DNA of 64,000 bases. It comes from Pseudomonadota bacterium. Lineage in GTDB: Bacteria; Pseudomonadota; Gammaproteobacteria; Burkholderiales; Burkholderiaceae_A. The DNA is taken from contig JBEDMQ010000102.1 in the NCBI GenBank assembly GCA_041171045.1, forward strand, positions 3,048-67,047. Reading direction: 5' to 3'. Numbering within the stretch: the first letter of the stretch is position 1; every line of letters begins with the position of its first letter. A program made the position numbers and the translations under genes. Shown piece by piece: positions 30,955-42,615 of the stretch. Below the pieces are notes generated by a model. The model was not told the origin of the DNA, ran no database searches, and saw nothing but the letters and a program-made list of their open reading frames with translations.

Positions 30955-31299
30955 CTAGAAGTCCTCGGTTCGTCCCCTAGGGGGACAGTCCACCCCCGCC
31001 AACTGACTGGCATGAGACGCAAATACCTGCTCAAACAGGCCAGCACCCCTCGTGTCTAACCACCCCTCGGTGGTGAGCACAAAGTGATGTGCACCGAACT
31101 GGGAGGCCATCCAGAGTTGTTGGGTGGGTGCCTGAGCGTTGGTGATGATCTTTTGTCCCGACTCAAATTCGGTCTCCAACACAGGGCCATGACGGCCGGT
31201 CTCAATCACCATGTCATGGGACTGATTCCAGTTGTCTACCTGAGTCTCAATCCAGGCAAAAGCAGACTCTATTTTTTCAAGATACTCGGTTTCCGTCAT
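30955..31299 (-). CDS. cyaY: Frataxin-like iron donor CyaY
   Basis: MTETEY, acidic helix, KIITNAQAPTQQLWMAS..GAHHF; context mrcA-cyaY-lptM-lysA. Confidence 0.88.
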   Translation of the reverse strand: MTETEYLEKIESAFAWIETQVDNWNQSHDMVIETGRHGPVLETEFESGQKIITNAQAPTQQLWMASQFGAHHFVLTTEGWLDTRGAGLFEQVFASHASQLAGVDCPPRGRTEDF

Positions 31300-31410
31300 A
31301 CTCCCACCATCATGAAAACGCACGACCATCATTGTCCATCAGTTCAGATCGGGGACCAGACTTCCCGGTGCAATCCTGGGGATAAACAAGGCTTTGGTCG
31401 ACAGGGTGGC

Positions 31411-31542
31411 ATGGCAGTGAGCCTGTCAGCCCTGATGCTTGCCCTGGCTCTAAGCGGGTGCGGACAAAAAGGCCCTCTGTTTTTGCCCAAACCACAATTC
31501 CCCCCCGACGGCGAAGCAACCCAGCCTCAGGAGGCGCGGTGA
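31411..31542 (+). CDS. lptM: Small lipoprotein LptM/YifL family
   Basis: Lipobox LSGC followed by GQKGPLFLP; GTGA overlap with the lysA start. Confidence 0.85.
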   Translation: MAVSLSALMLALALSGCGQKGPLFLPKPQFPPDGEATQPQEAR

Positions 31543-32855
31543 CCGATCGTTATGAATCCGAGCATCCCATGCTGCCAGGCTCGTTTGGCTGGCGCCAGGG
31601 CGAGTTGCATTGCGAGCAGCACAGCCTGTCCAAGCTCGCCGAGCAGTTCCAAACCCCTTGTTACATTTACAGTGCTGCAGCCATCCGCTCGGCCTACCGG
31701 GCTTTTGCAGACGCCTGTCAGTCTCTCGGCGCTGAGGTGGACATTCTGTATGCGGTCAAGGCCAACCCCAATCTGGCCATCCTCGCAGAGTTAGCGGCCC
31801 TTGGGGCTGGCTTCGATATCGTCTCGGCCGGGGAAATGAGACGGGTACTGGCTGCAGGTGGGCGGGCCAACAAGATGGTCTTCTCAGGAGTGGGTAAGAC
31901 CGACGCTGAGCTGCGTGACGCTCTGGTGGCCGGGGTTGGTTGCATCAACCTCGAGAGTCTTTCAGAAATGCACCGACTCAACCGAATCGCCGAGGAGCTT
32001 GGCTGCAAGGCCCATGTCTCGCTTAGGATCAACCCAGACATCGATGCCAAGACTCACCCCTACATCTCAACCGGTCTGAAATCCAATAAGTTTGGACTGC
32101 CGATCGAGCAGGCCGCGCAAGGCTATCAAGACGCCAAAGCCCTCGCCCACCTCCAGATCGTCGGAGTGGACTGCCACATCGGTTCCCAGATCACCGAACT
32201 GTCGCCATTCCTGGACGCGACAGACCGCGTCTTGACGTTTGTAGACGCCCTGGAAGCCAAGGGCATCGCGATTGATCACATTGACCTTGGTGGCGGGTTG
32301 GGCATTTGCTATCACGACGAGACGCCTCCTACTCCACAGGCCCTGATGCAGTCTCTCGTCGGCAAGGTAAGGGCCTGGTCAATGGCCCGCAACCGGCCGA
32401 TGCCTAAGCTGATCTTTGAGTTTGGACGAGCCATCATCGGGCCTGCAGGCGTTCTGCTAAGCCGCGTCGTCGCCCTTAAACCCCAGAGCTCCCCAGAGAC
32501 CACTGCCTTTGCAATTATTGACGCGGCCATGAACGATCTCATGCGACCCAGTCTCTATGAGGCTTGGCATGAGATCTTGGCGGTAAGCCAGGACAGTTCG
32601 GCGCCACCCCAGACCTGGGACATCGTTGGACCGGTCTGTGAGAGTGGGGACTGGCTGGGTCGTCAGCGCCGGCTAAGTCTTCGAGAGGGTGATTTGGTCA
32701 TTCTGGCCTCCGCTGGTGCCTATGGGTCCTCAATGGCCTCCAACTACAATTCGCGGCCCAGGCCTGCGGAAGTCATGATCTACCCCGATGCCTCGCCCAG
32801 GCTTATTCGACGTCGGGAAACATTCGAGGATCTCGTTGCGGCGGAAAGGCTCTGA
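31539..32855 (+). CDS. lysA: Diaminopimelate decarboxylase
   Basis: YAVKAN, FDIVSAGE, HPYISTG..NKFG, CHIGSQ, GPVCESGD, SNYNSRP; GTG start with SD AGGAGG. Confidence 0.96.
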   Translation: MTDRYESEHPMLPGSFGWRQGELHCEQHSLSKLAEQFQTPCYIYSAAAIRSAYRAFADACQSLGAEVDILYAVKANPNLAILAELAALGAGFDIVSAGEMRRVLAAGGRANKMVFSGVGKTDAELRDALVAGVGCINLESLSEMHRLNRIAEELGCKAHVSLRINPDIDAKTHPYISTGLKSNKFGLPIEQAAQGYQDAKALAHLQIVGVDCHIGSQITELSPFLDATDRVLTFVDALEAKGIAIDHIDLGGGLGICYHDETPPTPQALMQSLVGKVRAWSMARNRPMPKLIFEFGRAIIGPAGVLLSRVVALKPQSSPETTAFAIIDAAMNDLMRPSLYEAWHEILAVSQDSSAPPQTWDIVGPVCESGDWLGRQRRLSLREGDLVILASAGAYGSSMASNYNSRPRPAEVMIYPDASPRLIRRRETFEDLVAAERL

Positions 32856-32893
32856 CCTCGCCAATCTCCCGTCACGGCCAGTTGGTTTTTGGC

Positions 32894-33469
32894 TTACTTC
32901 CTCCAACTCGGCCTGAGTCGCATCATCAGCAGACCAGACCAGATCGCCAGAAAAACGACCGGCTGGGTGAAATCATTCTTGCCGGCCTTGTGCAGGGCAT
33001 AGTGAAGAATTCCCATCAGAACAATGGGCCAGCTCAAGCGGTGAAGTAGCTTCCAGTTGTGTCCGAGGCGGCGCATGCTCCAACGATTAGAGGTCATGGC
33101 CAGCAGGCTCATCGCGGCAAGACAGACCACCCCCACCGTGACAAAAGGTCGATGCCAGAGGTCGTCCCAAATGGCCCACCAAGCCAAATCATGCTCAAAC
33201 TGGAGATAAGCCAGAACATGAATACAGGCATAGGCAAAGGCCCAGAGCCCCATGGCGCGTCGATGTTGAACAACTCCGCGTAGCCGGGTCTCAGGGCGGA
33301 GCCTTGCCAAGGCGGGCATGGCAAGAACCAGGCACAGGATCATCAAGGTCTGCCGACCGAGGCCCCGAAGAATCTCCTCCTGCGGGTTCGCGCCCAATGC
33401 ATCTAGGGCTAGACGGATCACCAGTTCGACGAGTGGCCCAACCGCCCAGAGTGATAAAGACAGCCCCAT
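32894..33469 (-). CDS. msrQ: Heme-binding membrane subunit MsrQ (YedZ)
   Basis: LGANP, HRRAMGLWAFAY..IH, LAMTSN, WKLLHRL..LH. Confidence 0.9.
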   Translation of the reverse strand: MGLSLSLWAVGPLVELVIRLALDALGANPQEEILRGLGRQTLMILCLVLAMPALARLRPETRLRGVVQHRRAMGLWAFAYACIHVLAYLQFEHDLAWWAIWDDLWHRPFVTVGVVCLAAMSLLAMTSNRWSMRRLGHNWKLLHRLSWPIVLMGILHYALHKAGKNDFTQPVVFLAIWSGLLMMRLRPSWRK

Positions 33470-33475
33470 GCTGGG

Positions 33476-34447
33476 TCAGTAGTACTGTCGTAGGTCCATG
33501 CCGGTATAGAGATGGGCCACCTGCTCTGCATACCCGTTGAACGGCAGCGTTGGACGCCGGGGGGAGAGCAGACCGTCCTCCCCAATTCGACGCTCCGTGG
33601 CCTGAGACCAACGACGATGTGGCACGCTGGGATTAACGTTGGAGTAAAAACCGTATTCCTGAGGAGCAGCCTGAACCCAGCTCGGTGTTGGTTGTTGTTC
33701 GATGAGCCTGATTCTGACAATCGACTTGGCGCTCTTGAAGCCATACTTCCAGGGAACCACCAGCCTGATGGGTGCACCATTCTGAGCAGGCAGTGTTTTG
33801 CCATAGAGGCCCACCGCCAATGTGGTCAGGGGGTGCATGGCCTCATCCAGGCGAAGCCCCTCACGATAGGGCCAGTCCAGGACTCGCGAGGACAAGCCTG
33901 GCATCGTGGTCTTATCAGCCAGGCTGACAAACTCGACGTACTTGGCGGAACCAAGTGGCTGGGCCTTGGCAATGAGCCTGCTCAGGCTAAAACCGACCCA
34001 GGGAATCACCATGGACCAGCCTTCGACGCACCTCAGGCGATAAATCCTCTCCTCCAAGCCAGCCTGGGCCATCAGGTCATCGATGCCCAGTACCTGTGGT
34101 TTGGCGACGAGGCCCTCGATGCTGAGTTGATAAGGTCTGACCAACAATCGACCTGGTGCGTTTCTCTGCGGATCAGCCTTGTCAGTTCCAAACTCGTAGA
34201 AGTTGTTGTAACCGGTGACATCGTGGATCGGCGTGAGCCTCTCGGTTGGCATGCCGGGCCAAGGGGTATAGCGCAGGGGCTGCGTCGGCTCGGCCAGGCG
34301 AGCCTGCTGGCGAGGGTCTTTTGCATGGGCGGGACCCGCCAGTGACAGCCCCGAACCAAGGGCCGTCAGGGCCGAGGCAGCACCCAGCAGTCGGCGGCGC
34401 CCATGAAAAATGGCCTCGGGCGTGATCTCTGAAGCCCGAATGTCCAT
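33476..34447 (-). CDS. msrP: Molybdoenzyme methionine-sulfoxide reductase MsrP (YedY)
   Basis: Tat [47 protein letters not shown]. Confidence 0.95.
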   Translation of the reverse strand: MDIRASEITPEAIFHGRRRLLGAASALTALGSGLSLAGPAHAKDPRQQARLAEPTQPLRYTPWPGMPTERLTPIHDVTGYNNFYEFGTDKADPQRNAPGRLLVRPYQLSIEGLVAKPQVLGIDDLMAQAGLEERIYRLRCVEGWSMVIPWVGFSLSRLIAKAQPLGSAKYVEFVSLADKTTMPGLSSRVLDWPYREGLRLDEAMHPLTTLAVGLYGKTLPAQNGAPIRLVVPWKYGFKSAKSIVRIRLIEQQPTPSWVQAAPQEYGFYSNVNPSVPHRRWSQATERRIGEDGLLSPRRPTLPFNGYAEQVAHLYTGMDLRQYY

Positions 34448-35767
34448 TTAAAGCTGCCCGTAGGAGTGCAGGCCCGAGAGAAACATGTTGACCCCAAGGA
34501 ACGCAAAACCCGTGATCAACAAACCCACCAAGGACCAATAGGCGGCGAACTGGCCGCGCAAGCCCTTCATCAGACGAAGGTGTAGCCAGGCGGCATAGTT
34601 GAGCCAGACAATGAGGGCCCAGGTTTCTTTGGGGTCCCACTGCCAATAGGTCCCCCAGGCCTCAGCGGCCCAGAGTGCCCCCAGAATGGTGGCGACGGTG
34701 AAGAAGGCGAATCCAATGGCGATGGCTCTGTACTGGATATCGTCCAGAATCTCTAGAGACGGCAGTACCTCTGCAATCCTCCGGCGGGCCGCCAATATGC
34801 CGCCAACTGCTGCGGCAGAAATCCCAAAATAAAGCGCCCAATAGTCAGGAAGGCCGGAGCGCCGAAAGACCAGCGGCTCGGCACACAAGAGCACGCCAAG
34901 AACGAACAGCGGGATAAGGGCTGCCTTACTTTTGGTCTGGGCATTTGATTTGACCAGATACGCAAAGGCCACCATGGCGGCAATCGAGAAAGTGCCATAC
35001 CCGACGAAATTGGCCGGTACGTGAATCTTCATCCACCAAGACTGCAAGGCAGGCACCAATGGCTGGATCTCATGTGCAGATCGAGTCGCCGTATACCAGA
35101 GCAGAAAACCAACAGCAGCAACAATCACCAAAGTGACAAAAGCACCGAGGCTACGGGTCTGGTAGCGACGCTCGTAGAAGAGGTAGAACAACGCAGTGAG
35201 CAATGAGAACAGAACAAAGACCTCATAGAGGTTGCTCACTGGGATGTGCCCGACATCCGGAGAGATCAAATAAGACTCGTACCAACGAACAAGAAGGCCC
35301 ACCATGCCCATTACCGTGGCGGCCCAGGTCAGGACCGACCCAGCCCAGAGTGCCGTGGCGCCGCGAAACAGCAAGCCCACCCAATAAGACAGGCAGCCAA
35401 GACCATACAGGGCACACATCCAGAGGACGGCAGACTGCGAGGACAGCAGATACTTCAATAGAAATGACTGTTCAGCACTGGCCAACTGGCCCCCGTAGTT
35501 GCCGATGCCGGCCAAGGCCAGCAACCCGCAGCCCAGCGTGAACCACCGCATGGCAGGCCAGAGCCATCCAATAAATAAAAGCCCAGGCACGCAAGCCCAC
35601 AGGATGACCAACTCGTAGACATCCATAAACTGGCTGTAGCGGCTGGTTGCAAACCAAGCACCCGCAGCCAATACCAGGGCAAAAACCAGGTCACGCCAAT
35701 CGAGACGGCCACCGCCGACCTGTTGAAGTCTGGCGTGGCTGAAATCGGCTGAGCTTGAAACCGTCAT
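34448..35767 (-). CDS. System II cytochrome c biogenesis protein, WWD-domain (ResC/CcsA-type)
   Basis: LVPALQSWWMKIHVP, GALWAAEAWGTYWQWDPKETW, GLHSYG; start at MTVSS with SD GGAG. Symbol left blank because ccsA/ccsB naming differs between organisms. Confidence 0.93.
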   Translation of the reverse strand: MTVSSSADFSHARLQQVGGGRLDWRDLVFALVLAAGAWFATSRYSQFMDVYELVILWACVPGLLFIGWLWPAMRWFTLGCGLLALAGIGNYGGQLASAEQSFLLKYLLSSQSAVLWMCALYGLGCLSYWVGLLFRGATALWAGSVLTWAATVMGMVGLLVRWYESYLISPDVGHIPVSNLYEVFVLFSLLTALFYLFYERRYQTRSLGAFVTLVIVAAVGFLLWYTATRSAHEIQPLVPALQSWWMKIHVPANFVGYGTFSIAAMVAFAYLVKSNAQTKSKAALIPLFVLGVLLCAEPLVFRRSGLPDYWALYFGISAAAVGGILAARRRIAEVLPSLEILDDIQYRAIAIGFAFFTVATILGALWAAEAWGTYWQWDPKETWALIVWLNYAAWLHLRLMKGLRGQFAAYWSLVGLLITGFAFLGVNMFLSGLHSYGQL

Positions 35768-35779
35768 GTCTATCTCCAA

Positions 35780-37906
35780 TTAGTGAGCCCGAGACAGGCG
35801 CTGCGTCAGTTCCTCAAACTCTCTATCGAAGTCCAAAGAATGCCTCGGGGTGGACGCAGCCATCAAGACACTGGTCTGGCCCGAGGCGTCCGAAGGCTGT
35901 TTGATCCAAATCCAGAACCGACGTTCCCTGACATAGAGCATGGCGAAAACGCCCAGGGTAAGCAATAAACAGCCTAGATAGACCGTGGTCTTTCCTGGTG
36001 AACGCGTGACTTGGAAAACCGAGGCCTTGACCTCGGTAAAGTCCGCCATGGTGATCAGCAATGGAGCGTCAAAGAGCTTGGCGTCGCTGTAGGCATTAAG
36101 GGCTCGCTGGGCAAAGCTCTGATTGGCCTCATTGAGTGGCTGCCTGGGGAGCCCACGGGACAACCGAGATTGCTGCAACACCTCCCAGAAAGCCCCAGTG
36201 AGCATTCGGACCACGACGTCTGCGGCCCGCTCACGTTCAGAAGCCTGAACGGTCTGCTCGAGGATATTGGCCAGACCAACCAACCCATTGGAGGCCAGTG
36301 CATCTAGCGCCTTCTGGGCGCTGTCGGACAAGGCCTTCTGCATGGGAGGGGGCGCTGCAGACAAGGCAAAAGCCTGCGCAGCCTTGGCTCGGATGGTGGG
36401 GTTGTCCATGGCGGCCCGTAAATGCAAGAAGGCCTCGAGAGAGTCCTTCTCATCGGCGGGAATCCTGAGGTAGCGGAAGGACTCATCCGGTGAGTTTCGA
36501 ACACCTGCGAGAAATACTCGGCTTCCGTCTAGCTCGACGGGCAGCATGTAGACATGAAACTCCCGGGCTTGACCAGCCGCATCGCGCAGCTTGTATTGGA
36601 AGGCAGCGCCCACATTGGTCAGTGACTTGGTCTTGCCGGCATTGGCTGCGGGCGATAAAACGGAGGCAACGTTCTTCTGAAAGGCGTCGGTCTCCTGTGG
36701 TCCATTGCCTGCCAAATTCTCAACATTGATCGCCTTGAAGCCTGAGATCTCTAGGTTGAGGGTCTGCGTCGCATTCTTAAGTGCCAAGGCCTGCCCCACC
36801 CCCAGCTCGATGGGCAAGGGCTTTTGAACGGGTCCACTCAAGGGGTGGGCCAGTAGCTTGAGCTTCGACCCACCATCGTCGAAACTAGATTGGTAGATGG
36901 CAATGCCCTTGTGGATGAGTGGTCGGTTCACCTCGATGACCGCAGACTTGGTTTGGCCTGTCTCTTTGTCTGTCAGGACCACATCGCTGGCAAAAAGCTT
37001 GGGCATTCCAGTGTTGTAGTACTCAATGCGAAACTGCTTGAGTTCCAGTTCAAATGGCAGATCGACCAGCAAAGCCCCCTTGGGCTGATTGATAACTGCC
37101 AGATCCGAGCGCTGCCCCTCCGGGATGAGAAGATTGGCCCGATAGGTGGGAGTAGATTGTGGAAGGCGTGCTGAATCGGGCACCTGGTCACCCGAGAGAT
37201 TGGCCAAGACAACGGGTGCCTTGTTCCACCACCAGACGGCCATCTTGGTCGGCACCTCAGAGTCTAATAAGCCCCCAAGTGAGATGACCACGATCGCCAG
37301 ATGCGCAGCGATATAACCCAATCGATTGCTCGCGCCTTTTTTGGCAACCAGTCTCGGGAGGCCTGCCTGGGCGTCATAGGTCCTGGTTCGATAGCCCTGC
37401 TGCGTCAGGGCGTTGGCAATCTCCTGAATCTTGGCTTCGGCTTGGTCTGGTCGGTCGAGCTGAAATTGTTGCCGATAAGGAAAAGCGTTGAACCCGGCAT
37501 CCCTGACTTTCTCACGCCAAACCCGCATGTCTTTGAGCATGCGTGGCGTGTTTCGAATGAGGCACAGGCTGGTCGAAGTCAGCATGAGCACCATGACGAT
37601 CAGAAACCAGGGTGCGTTGTAAACCCGAAACACGTCGAACCAGGTAAAGACCTCGGCCCAGAAGGCCCCAAACTGATTAACGTAATTAATCGGTGGGGAG
37701 TTCTGCGGCACGATGGTGCCAATGGCACTGGCAATGCCAACAACGGAGAGAGCAGAGATCGCAAACCGCATGGACGAGAGCAGCTCAACGCTCTCTTTGA
37801 GCAGCCTGCCGCCGCCTCGGAGTTCTAGGCCAGTGGTCGATGCTCGGTAAAGACCGGACGCATCGACCTGGGACTCCTTATCGGAGTCCTGCGATGTACT
37901 CTGCAA
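35780..37906 (-). CDS. resB: System II cytochrome c biogenesis protein ResB/Ccs1
   Basis: LLSSMRFAI..L....IASAIGT, GYIAAH, MPKLFASD, VNRPL...IYQSSF, SVFQVTRSPG; start codon uncertain. Confidence 0.9.
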   Translation of the reverse strand: MQSTSQDSDKESQVDASGLYRASTTGLELRGGGRLLKESVELLSSMRFAISALSVVGIASAIGTIVPQNSPPINYVNQFGAFWAEVFTWFDVFRVYNAPWFLIVMVLMLTSTSLCLIRNTPRMLKDMRVWREKVRDAGFNAFPYRQQFQLDRPDQAEAKIQEIANALTQQGYRTRTYDAQAGLPRLVAKKGASNRLGYIAAHLAIVVISLGGLLDSEVPTKMAVWWWNKAPVVLANLSGDQVPDSARLPQSTPTYRANLLIPEGQRSDLAVINQPKGALLVDLPFELELKQFRIEYYNTGMPKLFASDVVLTDKETGQTKSAVIEVNRPLIHKGIAIYQSSFDDGGSKLKLLAHPLSGPVQKPLPIELGVGQALALKNATQTLNLEISGFKAINVENLAGNGPQETDAFQKNVASVLSPAANAGKTKSLTNVGAAFQYKLRDAAGQAREFHVYMLPVELDGSRVFLAGVRNSPDESFRYLRIPADEKDSLEAFLHLRAAMDNPTIRAKAAQAFALSAAPPPMQKALSDSAQKALDALASNGLVGLANILEQTVQASERERAADVVVRMLTGAFWEVLQQSRLSRGLPRQPLNEANQSFAQRALNAYSDAKLFDAPLLITMADFTEVKASVFQVTRSPGKTTVYLGCLLLTLGVFAMLYVRERRFWIWIKQPSDASGQTSVLMAASTPRHSLDFDREFEELTQRLSRAH

Positions 37907-38564
37907 GAGCTTCCATCTCCTGATCGGTCAGCTGAGCAGAAATCTTGGCCATTTGTGCGCTGTTGGCTCGCGCACCAGATCGGAATGCAGTCAGTTGGGC
38001 CTTGGTGTACTGGGCGTATTGACCCGAGAGACGAGGATATTGGGCGGGGATACCGGCCCCATTGGGGGCATGGCAGCCTACACAGGCTGGGATACCACGG
38101 GCGGAGACGCCTGCCCGATAGATGGTCTGACCAAGGGCCAGTAGCTCTTTTTTCTGGGCATAGGACGGTTTGATGGCCTGCGCAGCGTAAAAGGCCGAGA
38201 CATTGCGGATGTCGTCTTCAGACAAGGCTGCTGCAAAACCAGCCATGACGGCGTTCTCTCGCTCAGCCTTTTTAGCATTGGGTTTGACCTGGAAATTGTG
38301 CAACTGCTTTGAGAGGTAAGCAGCATGCTGGCCCGCCAAAATGGGGAAATCAGGCACGGCGCTGTTGCCGTCCACCGCGTGGCAGCCAACGCAGACTTGA
38401 CCAGCGATCGAGGCGCCCTTTTGCAGGTCGATCTTCTGGGCCACTGGTGTCGCAGTCGCGGGGGCAGCGGGCGCTGCGGCATTCAGGGCCATGGGCATCA
38501 GGGCCAAGCTAGCCAAGAGGCTGCTGCGGGCGGATCGAACAAAGAAATTCGTGTCAGACTTCAT
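37878..38564 (-). CDS. Di-heme cytochrome c4
   Basis: Signal peptide, two CVGCH motifs, PILAGQ/PRLSGQ; start MKSD with SD AGGAG. Confidence 0.92.
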   Translation of the reverse strand: MKSDTNFFVRSARSSLLASLALMPMALNAAAPAAPATATPVAQKIDLQKGASIAGQVCVGCHAVDGNSAVPDFPILAGQHAAYLSKQLHNFQVKPNAKKAERENAVMAGFAAALSEDDIRNVSAFYAAQAIKPSYAQKKELLALGQTIYRAGVSARGIPACVGCHAPNGAGIPAQYPRLSGQYAQYTKAQLTAFRSGARANSAQMAKISAQLTDQEMEALAEYIAGLR

Positions 38565-38648
38565 CTTCAGGATTCTCCTAGGGGCTCGGACTTCGCTTAC
38601 TGAAACCAATGGTCTGGCCTGCGAAATCCTCAACAGTTTAAATCATTC

Positions 38649-39413
38649 ATGCCTGAATCCACCGACTCATCCACCCTTCCCGCACTAGACACCTGGATTT
38701 CACAAGTCCAGTTTCTTCAAAGTGGCGCCAAGGTCTCAGACCTTCCAAGGGCGCATATCCCGGAAGTCGCCATCGCAGGTCGCTCCAATGCTGGCAAGAG
38801 CACAGCGCTCAACGTGCTGTGCCAACGCAAACGCCTGGCCTTCGCGAGTAAAACCCCGGGTCGTACAAGGCTGATCAACCTGTTTAGCCTGATCTACAAA
38901 GAACAAGAGGTGGGTCGGCTGGTGGATTTGCCTGGTTATGGCTACGCGTCGGTTGACAAACAGACCCAGGCCCAATGGCAGCAACAGCTCGCCAGATACC
39001 TCGACACGCGAGACAGTCTCGTCGGGCTGATTCTGGTCACCGACATTCGTCACCCCCTTGGGCCACTGGACGTTCAGATGCTGGACTGGTTTGCTAGACG
39101 GATGCGGCCCATCCACGTATTGCTGACGAAGGCGGACAAACTGACGCGGCAGCAGCAGCAAAGGACCGTATCCGAGGTTCGGGCCATCCTGACGGCACAA
39201 CAGTCGAAATGGGGGCCCGTCAGTCTGTCTGTATTCTCAGGGTTGAAGAAGACTGGCCGAGATCCCGTCTTGGCTCGGATTAGTCTGTGGCTAGGGTTGA
39301 GCCCCGGCGAGCAAGATCCCCAAAAAAAACCGGCAGACCAGCTGCCGGATAAGAAGCCTATCGAGGAGGCACCCGCTCAGGGAGGAGAAGCGGGAGACGA
39401 AACGTCTGTTTAA
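38649..39413 (+). CDS. engB: Ribosome biogenesis GTPase YihA/EngB
   Basis: GRSNAGKS, SKTPGRT, DLPGYG, TKADK. Confidence 0.95.
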   Translation: MPESTDSSTLPALDTWISQVQFLQSGAKVSDLPRAHIPEVAIAGRSNAGKSTALNVLCQRKRLAFASKTPGRTRLINLFSLIYKEQEVGRLVDLPGYGYASVDKQTQAQWQQQLARYLDTRDSLVGLILVTDIRHPLGPLDVQMLDWFARRMRPIHVLLTKADKLTRQQQQRTVSEVRAILTAQQSKWGPVSLSVFSGLKKTGRDPVLARISLWLGLSPGEQDPQKKPADQLPDKKPIEEAPAQGGEAGDETSV

Positions 39414-39444
39414 TAGACGACAGATAATGGGACAAGTTCAATAA

Positions 39445-40497
<1,053 letters not shown>

Positions 40498-40506
40498 TGA
40501 AGACGT

Positions 40507-40539
40507 AAAAAAACCCCGCCCTAAACGGACGAGGTTTTT
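40507..40539 (-). terminator. Intrinsic terminator after rplQ (possibly bidirectional with hemB)
   Basis: Minus strand AAAAACCTCGTCC-GTTTA-GGGCGGGGTTTTTTT with G-U pairs and a U7 tract. Confidence 0.8.
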
Positions 40540-40561
40540 GGTGGAAACCGCGGCAGGCTGA

Positions 40562-40954
40562 CTACTGGCCGTCGGTCTCCACAACGTCTGATGACTCCGG
40601 ACGATCAACCAGCTCCATGAGGGCCATGGGCGCGTTGTCTCCCTGCCTGAATCCCCACTTCAGAATGCGGCAGTATCCACCAGGACGGCTGGCGTAACGA
40701 GGCCCGATTTCATCGAACAGCTTCACCACGATCTCGCGGTCACGAAGACGGTTGAAGGCCAGGCGCTTGTTGGCCAGCGTAGGGGACTTGCTGATGGTGA
40801 TCAACGGCTCTACCACCTTGCGCAGTTCCTTTGCCTTTGGCAGGGTTGTCTTGATGGCTTCATGTCTCAACAGGGCATTGGCCATGTTGCGAAACATGGC
40901 AGCGCGGTGGGACGAAGTGCGATTCAGCTTACGAAGGCCATGACGGTGACGCAT
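40562..40954 (-). CDS. rplQ: 50S ribosomal protein L17
   Basis: [17 protein letters not shown]. Confidence 0.98.
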   Translation of the reverse strand: MRHRHGLRKLNRTSSHRAAMFRNMANALLRHEAIKTTLPKAKELRKVVEPLITISKSPTLANKRLAFNRLRDREIVVKLFDEIGPRYASRPGGYCRILKWGFRQGDNAPMALMELVDRPESSDVVETDGQ

Positions 40955-40975
40955 GGGTTTTCTCCTATCTAACTC

Positions 40976-41950
40976 TTATCGATCCATGCCTGCGGGCGGC
41001 CAATTCTCGAGCTTCATGCCCAAGGTCAGACCGCGCGAGGCGAGGACTTCTTTAATTTCATTGAGAGACTTGCGACCCAAGTTCGGTGTCTTGAGTAGCT
41101 CATTCTCGGTGCGTTGAATCAGGTCACCGATGTAGTAGATGCTCTCAGCTTTCAGGCAATTGGCCGAGCGAACCGTGAGCTCTAGATCATCGACAGGGCG
41201 CATGAGCATTGGGTCAACCGCAGCTGAACGGCTGGCCTCGGCAATCGGTTCTCCGCCCTCTAGGGCAGCGAAGACCGACAACTGCTCAACCAGAATACGG
41301 GCTGCCTGGCGAACAGCATCCTCGGGCTCGATAACACCGTTGGTCTCCACTTCGATGACCAGACGGTCCAGGTCGGTACGTTGCTCGACTCGAGCGCTTT
41401 CCACCAAGTAGCTGACGCGACGGACGGGAGAGAAAGAGGCATCCAGAACGATACGACCGATGGAGCGGGTGTTCTCCTCGCCCAGGTTGCGCATGGTGCC
41501 GGGAACATAGCCGCGACCCTTTTCAACCCGAACCTGAAGCTCCAGGCGGACATCGTCTGACAGGTTTGCAATCACATGCTCAGGGTTGAGAATGGTCACG
41601 TCGTGAGGCAGTTCAAAATCTCCAGCGGTCACTGGGCCGGTGCCCTGCTTGCGCAAGGACAACAGCACATCTCCACGACCCTCCAGGCGAAAGACAATGC
41701 CCTTGAGGTTCAACAAAAGATCGACGACGTCCTCTTGAACGCCCTCCATGGTGGAATACTCGTGTACGACCCCAGCGATCTGCACCTCAGTGGGGGCGTA
41801 GCCCTCCATGGAGGACAGCAGGACGCGGCGAAGGGCATTGCCCAGTGTGTGACCAAACCCACGCTCAAACGGCTCCATCACAATCTTGGCCGTGTTGGTG
41901 CCGGTGGGTTCGACTTCAATAATGCGAGGCTTTAAAAAGGCATTCAGCAT
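40976..41950 (-). CDS. rpoA: RNA polymerase alpha subunit
   Basis: [36 protein letters not shown]. Confidence 0.98.
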   Translation of the reverse strand: MLNAFLKPRIIEVEPTGTNTAKIVMEPFERGFGHTLGNALRRVLLSSMEGYAPTEVQIAGVVHEYSTMEGVQEDVVDLLLNLKGIVFRLEGRGDVLLSLRKQGTGPVTAGDFELPHDVTILNPEHVIANLSDDVRLELQVRVEKGRGYVPGTMRNLGEENTRSIGRIVLDASFSPVRRVSYLVESARVEQRTDLDRLVIEVETNGVIEPEDAVRQAARILVEQLSVFAALEGGEPIAEASRSAAVDPMLMRPVDDLELTVRSANCLKAESIYYIGDLIQRTENELLKTPNLGRKSLNEIKEVLASRGLTLGMKLENWPPAGMDR

Positions 41951-41991
41951 AACAATCCTTGGTCGTGTTGCGTGATCAGACGGTGCGAGAC

Positions 41992-42615
41992 TTAGCGTGA
42001 GTAAAGCTCGACGATCAGGCTCTCGTTGATTTCAGCAGACAGGTCGGTACGATCGGGCAGTTGCTTGTAGACGCCTTCCATCTTCTTGGGGTCTACAGAA
42101 ATCCAGCCCGGCAATCCGTTCTGCTCGGCCAGCTCCAGCGAGGCGACGATACGAGCCTGGCCACGAGACTTTTCGGCAATGCTCACCACGTCGTTGGGCT
42201 TGACCTGGGCCGAGGGAATGTTACAGACCCGACCATTGAGAAGCACCGCCTTGTGGGACACCAGCTGACGCGCCTCTGCGCGGGTCGAACCAAATCCCAT
42301 GCGAAACACGACGTTGTCCAGACGAGACTCTAGGAGTTGCAGCAGGCTAACGCCGGTATTGCCCTTCTTGCTCGAAGCCTGGGCAAAGTAGCGACGAAAC
42401 TGACGCTCCAACATGCCGTAGATGCGCTTGACCTTTTGCTTCTCACGCAACTGCTTGCCGTAGTCAGAGGTACGGGCACCGGAAGTGCGGCCGTGCTGAC
42501 CAGGCTTGCTGTCTTGTTTACATTTTGACTCTAGAGAGCGGCGAGCGCTCTTCAGACCGAGGTCGGTGCCTTCACGGCGCGACAATTTACAACGAGGACC
42601 TACGTAACGTGCCAC
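41992..42615 (-). CDS. rpsD: 30S ribosomal protein S4
   Basis: [32 protein letters not shown]. Confidence 0.98.
   Translation of the reverse strand: MARYVGPRCKLSRREGTDLGLKSARRSLESKCKQDSKPGQHGRTSGARTSDYGKQLREKQKVKRIYGMLERQFRRYFAQASSKKGNTGVSLLQLLESRLDNVVFRMGFGSTRAEARQLVSHKAVLLNGRVCNIPSAQVKPNDVVSIAEKSRGQARIVASLELAEQNGLPGWISVDPKKMEGVYKQLPDRTDLSAEINESLIVELYSR

Noticed and set aside
31084-31410. Long N-terminal part of the 152-aa ORF 31084-31542
   Set aside because: Largely antisense to cyaY; only the last 43 aa form a normal LptM lipoprotein.
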